Positions 37,471 through 51,959 of a stretch of 64,000 nucleotides of DNA are shown piece by piece. Within the stretch, counting starts at the first letter, position 1. The number at the start of each line of letters is the position of its first letter. The stretch lies in the NCBI RefSeq assembly GCF_006345805.1, contig NC_042999.1, forward strand, positions 84,072,001 through 84,136,000, given 5' to 3'. The position numbers were made by a program, and so were the translations under genes. The notes under the pieces are model-generated. The model was not told the origin of the DNA. It searched no databases and saw only the letters and a program-made list of their open reading frames with translations. This stretch comes from Octopus sinensis (lineage: Eukaryota).

Positions 37471-40400
37471 TACCTCTACTATTACTCATATTTTATTCAC
37501 TTGTCTTGGAATCTGCCTTTCGTAAATATTATGGACCGTATATTTAATATAATGTACATGTCTGAGTAGCTGAAGAAGGGATTTCTTCACTCAGCTGGGT
37601 CTAATTGTCTACATACACTGCAAGAGTATCTTTCAGCCGGTACTTATATACCAAGTTTGATATTTACATAAAATTGTTGTATTTGTATATTATTCCGACC
37701 TAACAAATTGCCTCAGTTTATGTACCTAATTTAAGTGAATCTTCCTCATATGTGTTTTTGTGTATGTGTGTTTGTATGTGTTTGTGTATGTAGTTTGTAT
37801 GCTTGCACATTTTTTAACTCTAGGAGATATAGCTTGTAAAGTCCGCTAGAAGTTTCTGAAATCACTATAGCGTATACTCACCAGCCTCGGTTGTGCGACA
37901 CACACATAAATACTCCGCGCAGACATGCACGCACGTACAATGAGATTCGTACATAACACACTGTTTGACCGCGTAATGTGAAACAACATGTTTGCGAAGC
38001 TAACTAATCAACCACCCCCATCGTCTCCTGCCTCTATATGAGTGTGTGTGTGTGTGTGTGTGTGTTCATTTGTGCGTGTGGGTGAGTGTGTGCATGCGTG
38101 TGTGTATGCGTATCTTTCTATCCACATTTGCATGTATGTATGACTTCATAATTATTTTTCCATAATGTTTCTATTCTTTTCTATTCTTTTCTTTTTTTTT
38201 TTTTTTTTTTTCTTTTTTATTTTGTTAACGTGCTATTGTTTTGTAATACAGATCAAACATTGTTTTAGCTATGTTTTATGTTTTCGGCAGAAAATTCTCT
38301 AGAGCAACGAATAAGGGGTTGAGACGTTGGAAACGTTATATATTTTTTTCCACGTTTGTTTCTAAAACTGACTAAAGCCGTAAAACTTCACACATCATGT
38401 GAATCGTGTTGAAGTGTTAGACTTATTTCAAGTACGAATGAAGGTTATTTATATATTTTCTCTTTCTCAGCAAACAATATTTTTGCAGGTTTTTCAATAT
38501 ATCCTCCAGCTGTTTAAGTAAATTTTCTATTTTAAAATCAAAATTATAAATTATTTTTGTTCCTCTAAAGATCATTATTTTTCCCCAGAAATTTACACAT
38601 ATACATTCGTACTAATACACACACACACACACACACACACATGTATTATACTTCTTCGTTCCTGCCATATACATTTATGAAACACCTTTCCATAACTCCA
38701 CGAAACGCATACACACACACGCACATACACACACGTGATATCGTGATAATCAATTTTGTACTTATATGAAATTCTGTTTTACTGTTTCATTTACGTTTAT
38801 TTATTTGTTTTCTTTTCGTTGTAATTTATTTTATATTTCATTCACACAACGACAGAATAGTCTACATTTACTATACTCTTTTCTTCTAGCAAGAAACTAA
38901 TGTTACGAAAGGATTACGAATATTTAAAATTGTTACTATGCACAATGTAAAATGGTATATGCCTAATTGGATAACACGGAATACGGGTTTTTCCTTAAGC
39001 TTGGCAACGACATAAGAATAAAAGAATAAAAGAATATGTTGAAGGTATGATATTGAATAGAGCAGCGCCAACTCCCACATTTTACCTAATATTTGGCATG
39101 AAACAGTTTATCAATTTGTACTGAAATTATACACACATACACACATACACACACATACACACACATACACACAAACACACATACACACACACATATAGAA
39201 ACATTTTGTGCCTATGTGTAAGGAGAAACATGTAATAGTGCAAGTAAGTGTAACAGGATGAAATTATCAAAACATAACATGATCTAATTTTTAGATCATG
39301 TTACAATGCCAAAAGTAAAATCATCCAACAGTTACAGCATCGTGTTAAAGATATCTTAAGAAGAGCATCACCTATTAAACAATATATTTCCAGGAAATGC
39401 ACAGTCAGCACATTAAGTGAAATTACTATCGATTCGCAATCATATGCGTTAGAGGAGAAACGAAGATATGCTATGATTCTTTCCCTACTTTAAATGTATG
39501 TGTGAAATAATATTGCAGTCTACCCAGGCCTTATTGAAACTAGATATTATTTAGGGTTTCGAGACTTGGCAGCTAATCCTATTGGAGTTAACTAAGCATT
39601 TGTAGGAGAAAAGTGAGGGTGGGAGGCGCAAGAGAGAAAGAAGGTTTGGTAGTGAGAGCTGATAGAGCCTGACGCGAAAACGAGGTGTTTGCAAATAGAG
39701 GCTGGTAGTTGAGGATCTGCTGGTCAGTGAGAGAGTAAGGGAAATGGAACACTGAGCATTATAGGAATGAGCAGAAGAGTCGCCGTAGATGCTGCTGTGA
39801 AAACGTCTAGATGACTTTGGTAGAGAAATGTTTAGTGAGGTTAGTAGAATATCGCTTGGACTCGGGCCAAGGATTGTTCAGATTTGATCAGCTCTCCAGG
39901 ATAAGGCTGTATGTTGTAAGATCTGAAATTCACAAGAAACCATGACAAAGTTTCCAAGTATTTTATTTTAAACCAAAAGATAATAATAATACATTCTGCA
40001 GATTTTTCGACTTAGTATATCTACTGAAGATTATAATAAAGAGAATCAAACTTATAAGAGTCTCTCTGTGTACTGAAGATCTTACAGCAGAGAAAGTGTG
40101 TTTTCTCTTGGGAACAAACAACTTGTGGTAAAAAAAAATTCTTTGCTTAAAGTAGAAACTTCAAAGACATGAACTGCAGAACATAAAAGGCATATGAATG
40201 TATCTCATGCTGTTATGCAGAGCAACACTGAAAGGCTAATGGAAAATAAAAGCCGTAGTACATACTGTACAAAATTAAGAAATAAGGAAGAAAAAAAAAC
40301 TAATCAGAGTTCACTTTAGATGTCGGGACATTATAGCTACAGTTTCAGAAATTACATTTATTGCACGCATTATAACCATAAATGTGTATGATAATTACTA

Positions 40401-41486
40401 CTGAAATTTGAAGGCGTTTCTGAAATGTATGTTGTATTTCATCTGGCAATTGACCACATCTGTCTTTCCCAAGATATTTCTGCTGCTGTTGATTTAGCTT
40501 TGAAGAGTTGCCCACCGAACCGACACGAAATTACCTGAGGTTTGAAGTGTGTGCGTTAGAATGATTGCTAACAGTAACAAATAACCACAAACACATGCAT
40601 ACATGCAGTGCACTCATTCATGCACGCTATGAAAGACAACTTTAATACACACAAAATCACATATACATAAACATAAATCATGTTTGTCTATTATGGGACC
40701 TAGAATACTTGTTATACAACAATTACATAATGTCAAAGCACATATTTCTCTATACAAAGATAATTTATGAATGGATTTTCTATATGTTCCTTATTATACT
40801 GATTAGTATGAAAACGAATCTGTCATATGAATTATGTCACATAAATACGCACTGAATTCTAAAAGTATGCGTTACTTAGAAATTGCTATTTCAAAAAGCG
40901 CAATTGTTTGCTATAGTACAAGTTTATTTTATGAGTATTTTAATTCTATTTTCGGGAAAAAAACCTTCAGACGATTGAACACCGCATTGCGTGATTACTG
41001 AGTAGCACGAGGTGAATACTCATGGATTAGACTAAAAGCGTTTGTGAAATGAACAACCCATCATTTAGCCAAGTATAACGTTAGCACATTGGCAGAGTCA
41101 CTATAGCGTTGTATAGAATGCCTCATGTCACTGGTTTTAATTCTGCCTGCTGGGCTCACATCCGGTCAATGTCAAGGTTACATTTCATCCTTTCGAAGTA
41201 ATAAAAAAAATGGCAAATCAGTGAGGTGAATTGTCAGAACATTGAGAAAGACAGGCAGGGAAGCTTGCTGTATTTGTTCCGATCCTTTGCATTCTGTGTA
41301 AAAATTTTGCCATGGCCTACTTGTTGATAGGTTGAATCCGCCAACAGCACCACCAACTGGTCATTGGGTGTTTTTAACTGGGTCCATTCTGTTTTAACGA
41401 TTCGGGTCATTCCTGCGGTTTAAGGATTACCTCCTGTCTCCCCACGACGAGTCTCCAAGGCTGAGTCGCAGTTTCCCTATTCACTA

Positions 41487-41835
41487 GGGTAAAGGGTTAA
41501 AGGGTAAAGATCCCCTTCGGTCATGAATAACCGTTGGATTGCACCTAGAAAGTTGCCCCTCCGAGGCACAAGCCGGGGAAAGTAGATTGTAGAAAATTAG
41601 CAAGTCGCTCATGCATACCAAAAATCCCCTCCTCACGCCACCGATGTTATCCAACGGAAAAGCAAAGGCCAATTCAGCTTGGCACCAGTGGCGTCACAAA
41701 CTCACTTCTACAGCTGAGTGAAGTGGAGCAACCTTAAATAAAGTATGTTGCACAAGAACACAACACAGTGCGATCCGTGAGTCGAACTCACTGCCTCATG
41801 ATTGTAAGCTCGATCTTCCAACCAGACGCCCTTAC
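41487..41835 (-). mobile_element. tRNA-derived SINE
   Basis: Colinear with 29371-29720. Confidence 0.82.
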
Positions 41836-41869
41836 CGCCTTTTTCACGGGATATGCTAATAACATGGGA

Positions 41870-42090
41870 ATTTAACTTATAGTCAATGTCCTGCGGTGAA
41901 CACGATCAATATTTTCCTTGCTGGGCAGTTGTAGGACTTCAGACCTTGTGTTATCTTGAATGTTCTCCTTTCTCATAAATTCAGCTTTTGCACAGTTGAT
42001 AAAGGGGGCGAGTTATCCTAAGTTTGTAACCATGTCCGCATGAATGTCCTTTGGGGCTAAACTCCTTTTCTGCCACATTTTGTTACTTTT
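41870..42090 (-). mobile_element. Mariner transposase N-terminal remnant
   Basis: Minus strand: QKRSLAPKDIHADMVTNLG*LAP...AEF...ENIDRVH, matching the mariner N-terminal HTH region. Confidence 0.65.
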
Positions 42091-44059
42091 GAAGTCTTCT
42101 TTGAACCGTGACCTGTTAGTTTACTTGGAAAGCCACAAAGCAGTTATTAATAAGTACAGGTGAAATAAATTTTGCAAGATTTCGCAGCCCTAGCATTACT
42201 CCTTCTTTGTCAGACCTCGTATGGCTTTTACTGAAACGTCTGGTAATTCTTTTATATCCAACGCCGATAACAAAAACCATTCGAAGAAATGAGGGTAAAG
42301 AAAAGTAGCTAATACACAGATGAAACTTTGGGTGAATTTTAATTCTATGCAAAAGCTGTTTATTTTACAAAATTAGTGAAAGGAATATTCCGATCACCAT
42401 TACGAAGTAACATAAATTGTACAGAAAACTGAAGCTGCAATTCGCCTGTAAATTCTCATGTGCTCACCGGTGTTTTTGTGTTTCGGCACTGGAAACCACC
42501 AGCATAATAAATTAGCGTAAGTGTTTGGATAAACTATACACTTCCTAACACTACCTAGTTTTGTATCTCTATGGATTTATTCTGTTTTTACTTGAAATGG
42601 TCGACCTATTAAATATGATTTGTTGATGTTCTTACGCCCCAAATGAATACGGATCTAATAGACCAGTGTAAAAGTATTCCTCTCTGGCCATCCTATCTTT
42701 TGTTAATTCAATCTATTTAAGACTAAAATATACATTTTGAAATACTGGGTGATAATTTAAATAATTCGGAGGGAGTCTACCGACCAATTTGTACTCTCTT
42801 GTTCCTTGAAGTAAATACCAATACAAATATACGAGGGAAGGATACTGTAAAGCTTTTTGAAAGTTTGGCTTGTATATGGTACAGCGTCCATCATATTTGC
42901 TAGTTCCCCACAACTGTTGGAGGATTAAACCGGTTTATATTCGGCTTAAATATTGAATTCAATGACACTTGGAAGTAAATGAATAGAACACAAATTCAGC
43001 GGGATAATATTTGGGGGTTGTGCCAGGCGTCGACGGTAACACGGTAGGCATGAGGAGCTAAGACAAGAATATATTCCGGATGGATTGGTGGAAATATTAT
43101 GGACATAACCAGTGCCGAAGAACAGAAGCCACTGTCATATCAATACAATAAGAAGATATTGGATATATCATATATATGAGCTACGCTTTGTGACGTTATT
43201 GAGTACATCTCAAAAAAGAAGTAAAATTATTTTGTTTTAGATATAGTCTCCTTACGACTTCGTGTATAGTAGCACTAACGCTTTTGATCTAGGAACTATG
43301 GCGTATTATAGATTTATAGATCTTATCATTTTATATTCTGTCAGGAATTGATAAGAACATAACTATTTTCTGATTCGAAAGAGAAAAAGCAGTTTTAGAG
43401 TACATTTAGGTACGTTGTATGGGTTCACCAGGAAAGATAGTCACAGATTGAGTGGCTTACGAATACGTACTGTATAAAATACATTAAAATCGTTTAAAAC
43501 ACTAAACTAGGCTGCATTGAAAAACTTTTCTCCACAGAAAAAATTATATCTTACTTTACTGTGCACATGATCACAAAGATAATATATTAAATATCAAATC
43601 TACACAGTAAAGAAAGTGTTTGAAAACGATGTAATCTCTCAATATTTAAGATATAATTAAAATAAACAACAAAGATTTATCACTACTGAAAAAAAGCAAA
43701 CCTTGGAGCATTTACAGGTAAAATTAACAGTCAAGACTCCTTGAAATGTCACTACATAGTATAAGATGTATATGAAAAATGATAAATATATTGGCCGTGT
43801 CTAGTCATGCTGCCTACAATATGTGTAAAATTTGGCCTGTTCCTCAAAAGGTAACGTTAAAGAATATAAGGAAAGTTAACGCAACGAATAAGTAATTGGA
43901 ACAAAATAAGACAAGACCATCAACATAGTATTCAAACTAGAGGGGAATTGATCTGCAAAACTAAAAGCCAAAACGTTCTTGTTTTAAAATAGGTTTCCAG
44001 ATATGTGCTACAGCCTTGTGGCATGAAATGAAATGACACTAAGGTAAATCCAGAATACA

Positions 44060-45600
44060 GGACTCAACACTACAATAAACTACCACACAAGTATGGTCTA
44101 CCTAAGTTTCACATGGATGGTATTCCATTAAGACCTATAGTGAGCTGTAGAGGTTCAGCATGTCATCCTCTGAGCCGCTTCCTTGTGGATATAGTCAGTC
44201 CATTAGCAGTAGTGTCAACATCGTACGTGAAGTATGCCACCCACTTCACGAAATTGGTCAAGGATACCCTCATTGAATCCAACCAGATGGTGAGTCTAAA
44301 TGTGATAAGTTTGTGCACCAAACTCCGAACTGGTGAAGCACTATCGGTGATTCAAGAAAAACTAGTGACAGACACCCATCTAAAAGAACGCACTAGTATA
44401 CCAATAAGAAACTTGATGGAAATGCTGACCTTCTGTGTAGAAACTACCTACTTCAGTATGGACACTGATATATATCGACATGAAGAGGTTTTAGCTGTGG
44501 GTTCGCCATTAGCACTGATAATAGCCAATCTATATATGGAATACTTTGAGAATTTGGCTTTAGGATCAACACCACTAAAACTAACCCTAAGGTTGCGATA
44601 TGTTGATGACACCTTCATACTCTGGCCCCACTAGGAAAATGTCCAAGGGCTGTTAGATCATGTGAACTCAATAAAGTCATCCATACAGTTCACACTGGAA
44701 AAAGAAAAAGACAATCAGCTAGCATTCCTAGACGTATTAATAACACGCACCAAGTATGGATTCAGAAATGGGTTACTGGAAGATACTTTCTTTAGCTTCA
44801 CATCCCACCATCCATACAGCGTAAAGCAGGGGATTGCTCAGTGCCTAAAACATCGAACAATGAACATAAGTAGCGATCGTGATACCCACCTCAAAAAATG
44901 ATCAAGCTCAGTAACAATCTATTAAGCAACAACTACCCCAAAATACTCCACTCCAGTTATGAAGAAAAGAATGGATGAAAGCGATAAACTGTCCACTGTC
45001 TGTCTATCCTATGTGAAAGGCCTCTCCGAAAAGATACAAAACATATGCGGCCCATATGACATGAGGACAGTATTCGAGTAAAACCACCAGTAGGAGAGAA
45101 TATAAGTAAGAACTGCGTGACTCCATCCCATGCACCTGTGGTAGGTTATACAAAGGTGAAGCATGCCACCCCCTCAAAATAAGGGTAGAGGAACATCGCA
45201 AAGCTGTGACACGGGGAGATATTGATAAATCTGGTATAGCTGATCATGTTTGGAAAAATGGGGACCACCTCCCTCTGTGGGATGAAGTTAAAATAATAGA
45301 CAGAGAACACCACTGGAAAATACGAAAACTAAAAGAAGCAGCACATATGCTAAGGCATGACAACCTCCTAAGCAGACCGAGTGGAGATATGAACATCATA
45401 TGGGAACCGGTATTAAGGAAGGATGGGAGAATATCTACACTACTACATCTGCGTGCAGAGTAATTCGGCTTCAGGACTCTGATCCGGATTGTGTTACTGA
45501 CAAACAAGCATCAGCAATCCGAGATTATATATTTGTCCATCATGCATTTCTGCACCAGATATTCTTAAAAGCGACACTCGTTAAAATAGTGTTGGTTTGA
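44060..45600 (+). mobile_element. Decayed Penelope/Poseidon-type PLE (RT + GIY-YIG)
   Basis: YGLPKFH..IPLRPIVS, GSPLALIIANLYME, RYVDDTF, LAFLDVLI, SYVKGLSEKIQNIC, SIPCTCGRLYKGE, SGIADHVW and LKEAAHM. Several stops and deletions. Confidence 0.92.
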
Positions 45601-46008
45601 GATGCTAGTTGGTGATAATAATAACATACTTATATTTACGAATGAAAACTAAATAAGTGGAGGAAAGATTAATGATGAAGGCATATCTGCTGACTAAAAG
45701 AATGACAGCCTGCTGTTTCTGTTGGTGAAACAGTTGCACTAAATCATTATTTCAGATTACGATCTCAGTGCATCTGTTTCAATAAACTAATTTGTTGCAC
45801 CAGCTGATTGTGCGCAAATCTGATAGCATAGGCATATCTTTTAACATCAGATTGTTTGTTGTTAGCAGATTCTTGACAAAAAAATGTAGCAGCTATGTGT
45901 ATCTATGTTCGAACTATTTGAGTGCCAAATATATTAAAATATGAGATATTTGCTACGTTACTCAGCTTTTGTTGCTATTCCTGTTGGAAAAGTTTTGAAA
46001 ATATAGTG

Positions 46009-46184
46009 TAGGCGCAGGTGTGGCTGTGTGATAAGTAGCTTGCTTAACAACCACATGGTTCCGGTTCTGTCCCACTGCGTGGCACTTTGGGCAAGTGTCT
46101 TCTACTATAGCCTAGGGCCGACCAAAGCCATGTGGATGGATTTGGTAGACGGAAACTAAAAGAATCCCGTTGTATATATATATT

Positions 46185-46222
<38 letters not shown>

Positions 46223-46425
46223 GGTTTGTCTCTGTGTCTGTGTTTGTCTCCCCATCATCGCTTGAAAACCGATGTTGGTGTGTTTACGTACTCGTAACTT
46301 AGCGGTTCGAAAAAAGAAACCGATAGAATAAGTACTAGACTTACATAGAATTATTCCCGGGGTCGATTTGTTCCACTGAACGTTATGCCCCAGCATGGCC
46401 TCAGTGAAATGACTGAAACTAAGAA
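46009..46425 (+). mobile_element. tRNA-derived SINE (GGCGCAGG family), near full length
   Basis: TAGGCGCAGGTGTGGCTGTGTGATAAG...GGTTCTGTCCCACTGCG...GAAATGACTGAAAC. Confidence 0.88.
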
Positions 46426-46539
46426 AAAAGTGAAAATGTGAAACCTATAACAGAAGCATGCACGTATGTATCATGCCGGGTTCACCAATATGCAAAATGA
46501 TATTATCAGGCAATGACAAACAAAATTGTCGTATAATAG

Positions 46540-46958
46540 TCTTTTCTACTCTAGGCACAAGGACCGAAATTTGGGGAGAGGGAGCCAGTCGATTAGATCG
46601 ACCCCAGTACACAACTGGTACTTAATTTATCGACCCCCGAAAGGATGAAAGGCAAAGTCGACCTCGGCGGAATTTTAACTCAGAGCGTAAAGACAGACGA
46701 AATACCTACTTATTTATTATCCACAAGGGGCTAAACATAGAGGGGTCAAACAAGAACAGATATAGATAAAGATATAGATATAGATATAAGTTGATTACAT
46801 CGACCTCAGAGCGTAACTGGTACTTAATTTATCGACCCCGAAAGGATGAAAGGTAAAGTCAACCTCGGCGGAATTTGAACTCACAACGTAACGGCAGACG
46901 AAATACGGCTACGCATTTCGTCCGGCGTGCTAACGTTTCTGGCAGCTCGCCGCCTTAA
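46540..46958 (-). mobile_element. Two nested or tandem SINEs with a Meta-domain-like core
   Basis: GGTACTTAATTTATCGACCCCGAAAGGATGAAAGG.AAAGTC.ACCTCGGCGGAATTT occurs twice (about 46617 and 46819). Related remnants at about 54590-54730 and 60830-60960. Confidence 0.75.
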
Positions 46959-48092
46959 AATGTCGGATAATATTGAACACTTATTTTTCACCTTTACTAT
47001 CGCCAATAAATCAAAACATTTACAAGCTATACGGACATTTATTAAATAATGTATACGAATGAAGCTACGATTTCAATATTTTCAAAAAATTACACAAATA
47101 TAACAGAAATTCTTAATGTTAGAATCATAATGAAAGAATAACATCAGTAAAAATTTCTACTACTTTCAAGAGTTTGTTAGAAAATACATATATATATATT
47201 TCGGTGCAATAATATTTGTGCGTTTGTGTACGTGCACGGGCGTGTATGTATCTATGTCTGTAAATAGTGTCTCCGTACTTAGTGAGAATACATTGTATAT
47301 ACTCATAGAAGGTTCACGTTAGTAAACTTCTTTACCATACACTTTTAGATTAGCTGCTCTTAAATTTGGCACTCTGTCATGTAACATCTTTGATTTATGA
47401 TAAAATTGTTTGCATAGCAAGTGCGTTACTCTTAAAAGTTGTGCTCTTGCATACCTTGTGATTGAGCCGAAAGGCTGTAGCGTGACCATCCCTGATTGCG
47501 CCAATGTGCCTGTGGGGAAGGTTAAACCGGCTGTGACACCAGTTTAATTAATCGGAATCGTGATGACGTAAACACGTTTGTTGATGCGAGCATATTTAGT
47601 GTTTGACGTTTATTAGTAAAATAAGCTGCAATTTTGTGACTTTACGTGCGAATCAATGCAATACCACAATATATAACAACCTGAATTATTTTCCAAGAAT
47701 GCATTGCTCAAGGGTTATCAATTGTTTTCTAACTTGTATCATTTTAACAATCTTTACAGAAACATCTTAACATGGCAGGATATCGTGCACTTCAAAAAAA
47801 AAATTGATGTTTGCAAGATATTCTCTTAATGAGCGTATTTTTATCTGCATAGAATATATCTTGAAGCATGTTGTAATATGTAGGAACAGCAAAATATGAC
47901 ATGAAAGACAGAAATTAATATTGAAGGAAAGAGGGTAAGGAATAATCGGAGTTCAAATAGCGTCTACTCTTCCTTTCTCAAGGTAAACAAGCGACTTAAA
48001 GTTATACATGCATGTGCGTGTGTGTGTGTGTGTTTGAGTGTGTGCGCGAGTGTGTTTGTATATATAAATATATATATACGTACACACACACT

Positions 48093-48164
<72 letters not shown>

Positions 48165-49589
48165 AATATATATATATGTATATATGGATATAGATACATA
48201 CATACATACACTCATACTCACCCATTCATATTCATACTTACATGCACACTTACACACACAGATGCATATAATTTATGTATGTATGTATGTATGTATACAT
48301 ATAATATGAAATATATATTGTAAGAAATGATATGCCAAGACATAACTACATTTTTCAAAATTATCGGAGAAAAGTTTGGTTCCACATACACTTTTGTTGA
48401 ATTAATGATGGAAAGGTAGATAATAACCAACAGCTATAAGACAGTGACATGAAAGGCATGCCGTATAAGGTTGAGGATATCATTGTGTTTGCAACAAAGT
48501 ATATCTAACTTGGGAATACTAGAAACGAATTCATATCAAGTCGGTAATAAGAACCTTGTACATAGAAGAAAATGATAGTTTATACAGCGTCTAAGATTTT
48601 GATAAAATATTTGTAATATTGATTGCCCGCCGTGTGTCTGATATTGACTGAGTCGTGAAAAACAGAAATAAACAGACTGAAGAGAGAAATATTGTCTCAA
48701 GGAAAGGAAATAAATTGATTCCTTTTATTGGCACTTTATCAAATATTTCGAATTAAAGATTGCTTATTTTATTCAGGTATAATAGTTTAATGGTTTAATA
48801 GGAAAGTGGCCATGGGTTATGGAAATAGCTCTCGCATAGGTAGGTTTCTATCGATTGGCAATACAACTTGGGTCGTGATCTCAAACGGTCAAGGGCATAT
48901 ATCTCACTGGAAAGTGCCCAGCACGGGGATAAAAAATTGATATTGTTTCTATAGTGTAATTTTCTGCTGGCTCGACCATCTCCAGTACCGGGGAGTGAAG
49001 CATGACATTGATATATCATCTGTCTCATGTTATTATTTTCGACGAATGATTCTTACGCAATCTCTTGAGATACAAAAATGTTCACAAACACACACACACA
49101 CACACTAACACATGCACACATACATACAAACAGACGCATACATTTGAGATACTCCGCCTACTATGCACAGATACACATTCACACGCAGACATAAGCACAA
49201 CAGAGCACTCTCGTGAAGAAAATAAGCTATAACTATAGGTAGGAAAACAGCAGAAATAATAATATCAAAAAATTATTCCAAGTTTGGCATAAAGCCAAAT
49301 ATTTTACAAGATTGCATTACTGATTTAATTAATCTCAATACTTTGTTGATATATAATTTATCAGCTTGCACCCCTTGATTTTTGACAAACAACGTTGATC
49401 CGAGCGGTTTTTGAATGTAAGTCAGAATAGAGCGTTAGCAAATACTACGATGTGTTCCTCCCAGATTTTTGCTGATTCTTCTGTTCGATGTTACATAAAC
49501 AAATAACGATAACATACCGAGCCACAGGCACAGACCCGTTTTATAAAAGAGAAAGTCTCCAAAAATGCGATAAATGTAAAGGTTCTCGA

Positions 49590-49890
49590 AATATAACTTG
49601 TCACATGGCTAAGATGATCCGAGATTTGTTGAATGAGAATGGAATTAAAAAGCTCCCATGGTCAAACCAGTCACCAGATACGAATCCTCTTGAACACCTC
49701 CGGGACATAATGGATGGGACAATTCATACAAAGAAAAAAAAATAGGAAAGCATCTTCAAATCTTTTGAGATTACTGCATGAAACTTGCCAAGAAATTCCG
49801 CAAGAGAATATTCATCATTAGATCAGAAACATGGCTAATAAGGTCCTTTCATTGAAAAATGCAAAAGGAATGTCTACCAAATATTACATT
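49590..49890 (+). mobile_element. Tc1-like transposase C-terminal remnant
   Basis: HMAKMIRDLLNENGIKKLPWSNQSPDTNPLEHL (WPxQSPDLNPIE-like) and EIPQENIHH*IRNM...AKGMSTKY. Confidence 0.8.
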
Positions 49891-50012
49891 TTCACATTAT
49901 AATAGTTAATAAATAATTTGAATGTATAATATCAGATTTAAATAAATTTTAATGATTATAAGGGTATCTATTTAATTCTGTCATGTGTGTATATACATAT
50001 ACACTTATACAC

Positions 50013-50155
<143 letters not shown>

Positions 50156-50219
50156 GCACTGTATTTATGATATTCAATTTTTGGAAGTTTTGGATTCATT
50201 TGCTTAAAGGTTACCAAAA

Positions 50220-50760
50220 CAGCAACTCTAGGACATTTTCATGTAGATGCCCTTCAGGGTTGGAAATGCAGATTAGTGTTTGTTGAGGAAGAAAAACCTC
50301 TCAAGACGTTCTGATATTGCTTATTTCTGTCTTTAGTTTTTAGAACCCATGCATACATCAAACCGAGTTTGTGGTAACTCTTCGATCCATAAGCACTGTT
50401 GATCTTTGTGCGTAATTTTGTGAGCGTTTGTGATAATTGTGATGTCCGATATCTTGACGTTAGTTATGGTGGTGTCGAAATCAAAGGAATTATTCAGAAA
50501 AGGCAATGTGATAGAAAAGTAATTTTCTTTAATATTACATTGTAAAATTGATATTAATATCAGGGATCCGTTTAAACCAACGGATAACTTCTTAGGCACT
50601 TTGGCAAAGTGATAAATGCGATATCCACTTGACTTATGGATTCATTTATCGAGGATATATTCCTTAATTCTTCTAAATATCACTTTCGGTTCGGTGAATT
50701 AGTATTATCGCTGCTTTCTTTGAATGGTCTTTCAAACAGAAATATGGAAGTATGGGTCTA
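50220..50760 (-). mobile_element. Highly decayed PLE thumb/EN remnant
   Basis: ITLPF, HKDQ and ELPQTRFDVCM resemble PLE LPY/W, KD and GRTxQRLDVRI motifs. Weak. Confidence 0.35.
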
Positions 50761-50791
50761 AGGAATTCTGTTATCTTCTTGATATGCAAAG

Positions 50792-50901
50792 TTCCTTCTT
50801 CTTCCTCTACTTCCTCTTCTTCTTCTTCCTCTTCCTCTTCTTCTTTTTCTTCTTTTTCTTCTTGTTCTTGTTCTTGATTTTGTTCTTCTTGTTCTTCTTG
50901 T

Positions 50902-50936
<35 letters not shown>

Positions 50937-50966
50937 TTCTTATTATTATTATTATTATTATTACTC

Positions 50967-51027
<61 letters not shown>

Positions 51028-51030
51028 CAT
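50792..51030. repeat. Compound (TTC)n(TTA)n(CTA)n microsatellite
   Basis: Direct reading. Confidence 0.95.
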
Positions 51031-51379
51031 TACTTCTACTACTATTTTTCCTACGCTTTTGTTTCTTCTATTGATATTATTATTGTTACTACTAAAGATT
51101 TTGTTTATTTTTCTTCTCTTTAACCTTAATCTTATTCCACGTCATTTTCCTCCTCATTTCCCAACGTTACCAATCAACATTGGCTTCCTCTTAAACATCT
51201 TCAACTGCCCCCCTGATATTTCTACGTCGTAAACCTGTTTTCTTCACCCATAATATTAACATACTGTATATAATTTATATTTACTGATTCTTTCATCTTT
51301 AGTTATAAAGATATTCGTTTATGATTAAATTAAATCCTAGATTAAAGATGTATTCTATTTATACGCACACACGTGTGTT

Positions 51380-51468
<89 letters not shown>

Positions 51469-51959
51469 TTATGTATGTATGTATGTATATATATGTATGT
51501 GTGCATGTATGTATGTATACATTCTTATATACCTGTCATAGATTCAACTCAATAGCTGCGGTCATGTGGCACCGCCAATAGTTTTGCGACACTTTCATTA
51601 CTTGAAACCTTCTCTGATATATGGCATTTGGTGAATGACTGAGTTTGATTTTGCAGCCCTCATTTGCATTTCCTGCCGAGTCTAAACTCGGTTTATGAAC
51701 ATCTCTCATCTCGAACAAAGCGGTTTGCGAACAATATTTCGAACATAAAACGTCTCGAGTAACGAAAGACCATTCAGAGAAAGCAGCGATAACACTAATT
51801 CACCCAACAAGCAAACAGGCAACAACAATTGGTGACAAGCTAGGAGTATCACCAGCAGAGCATCAGTTGCTGACTACTTTTCACTGAATGCACATCCCTG
51901 CTCGAGTTCTTAAATTTGTCTGGTGATACGCTGCGGTAGAGTCGTGCGACTTCTTTGGG

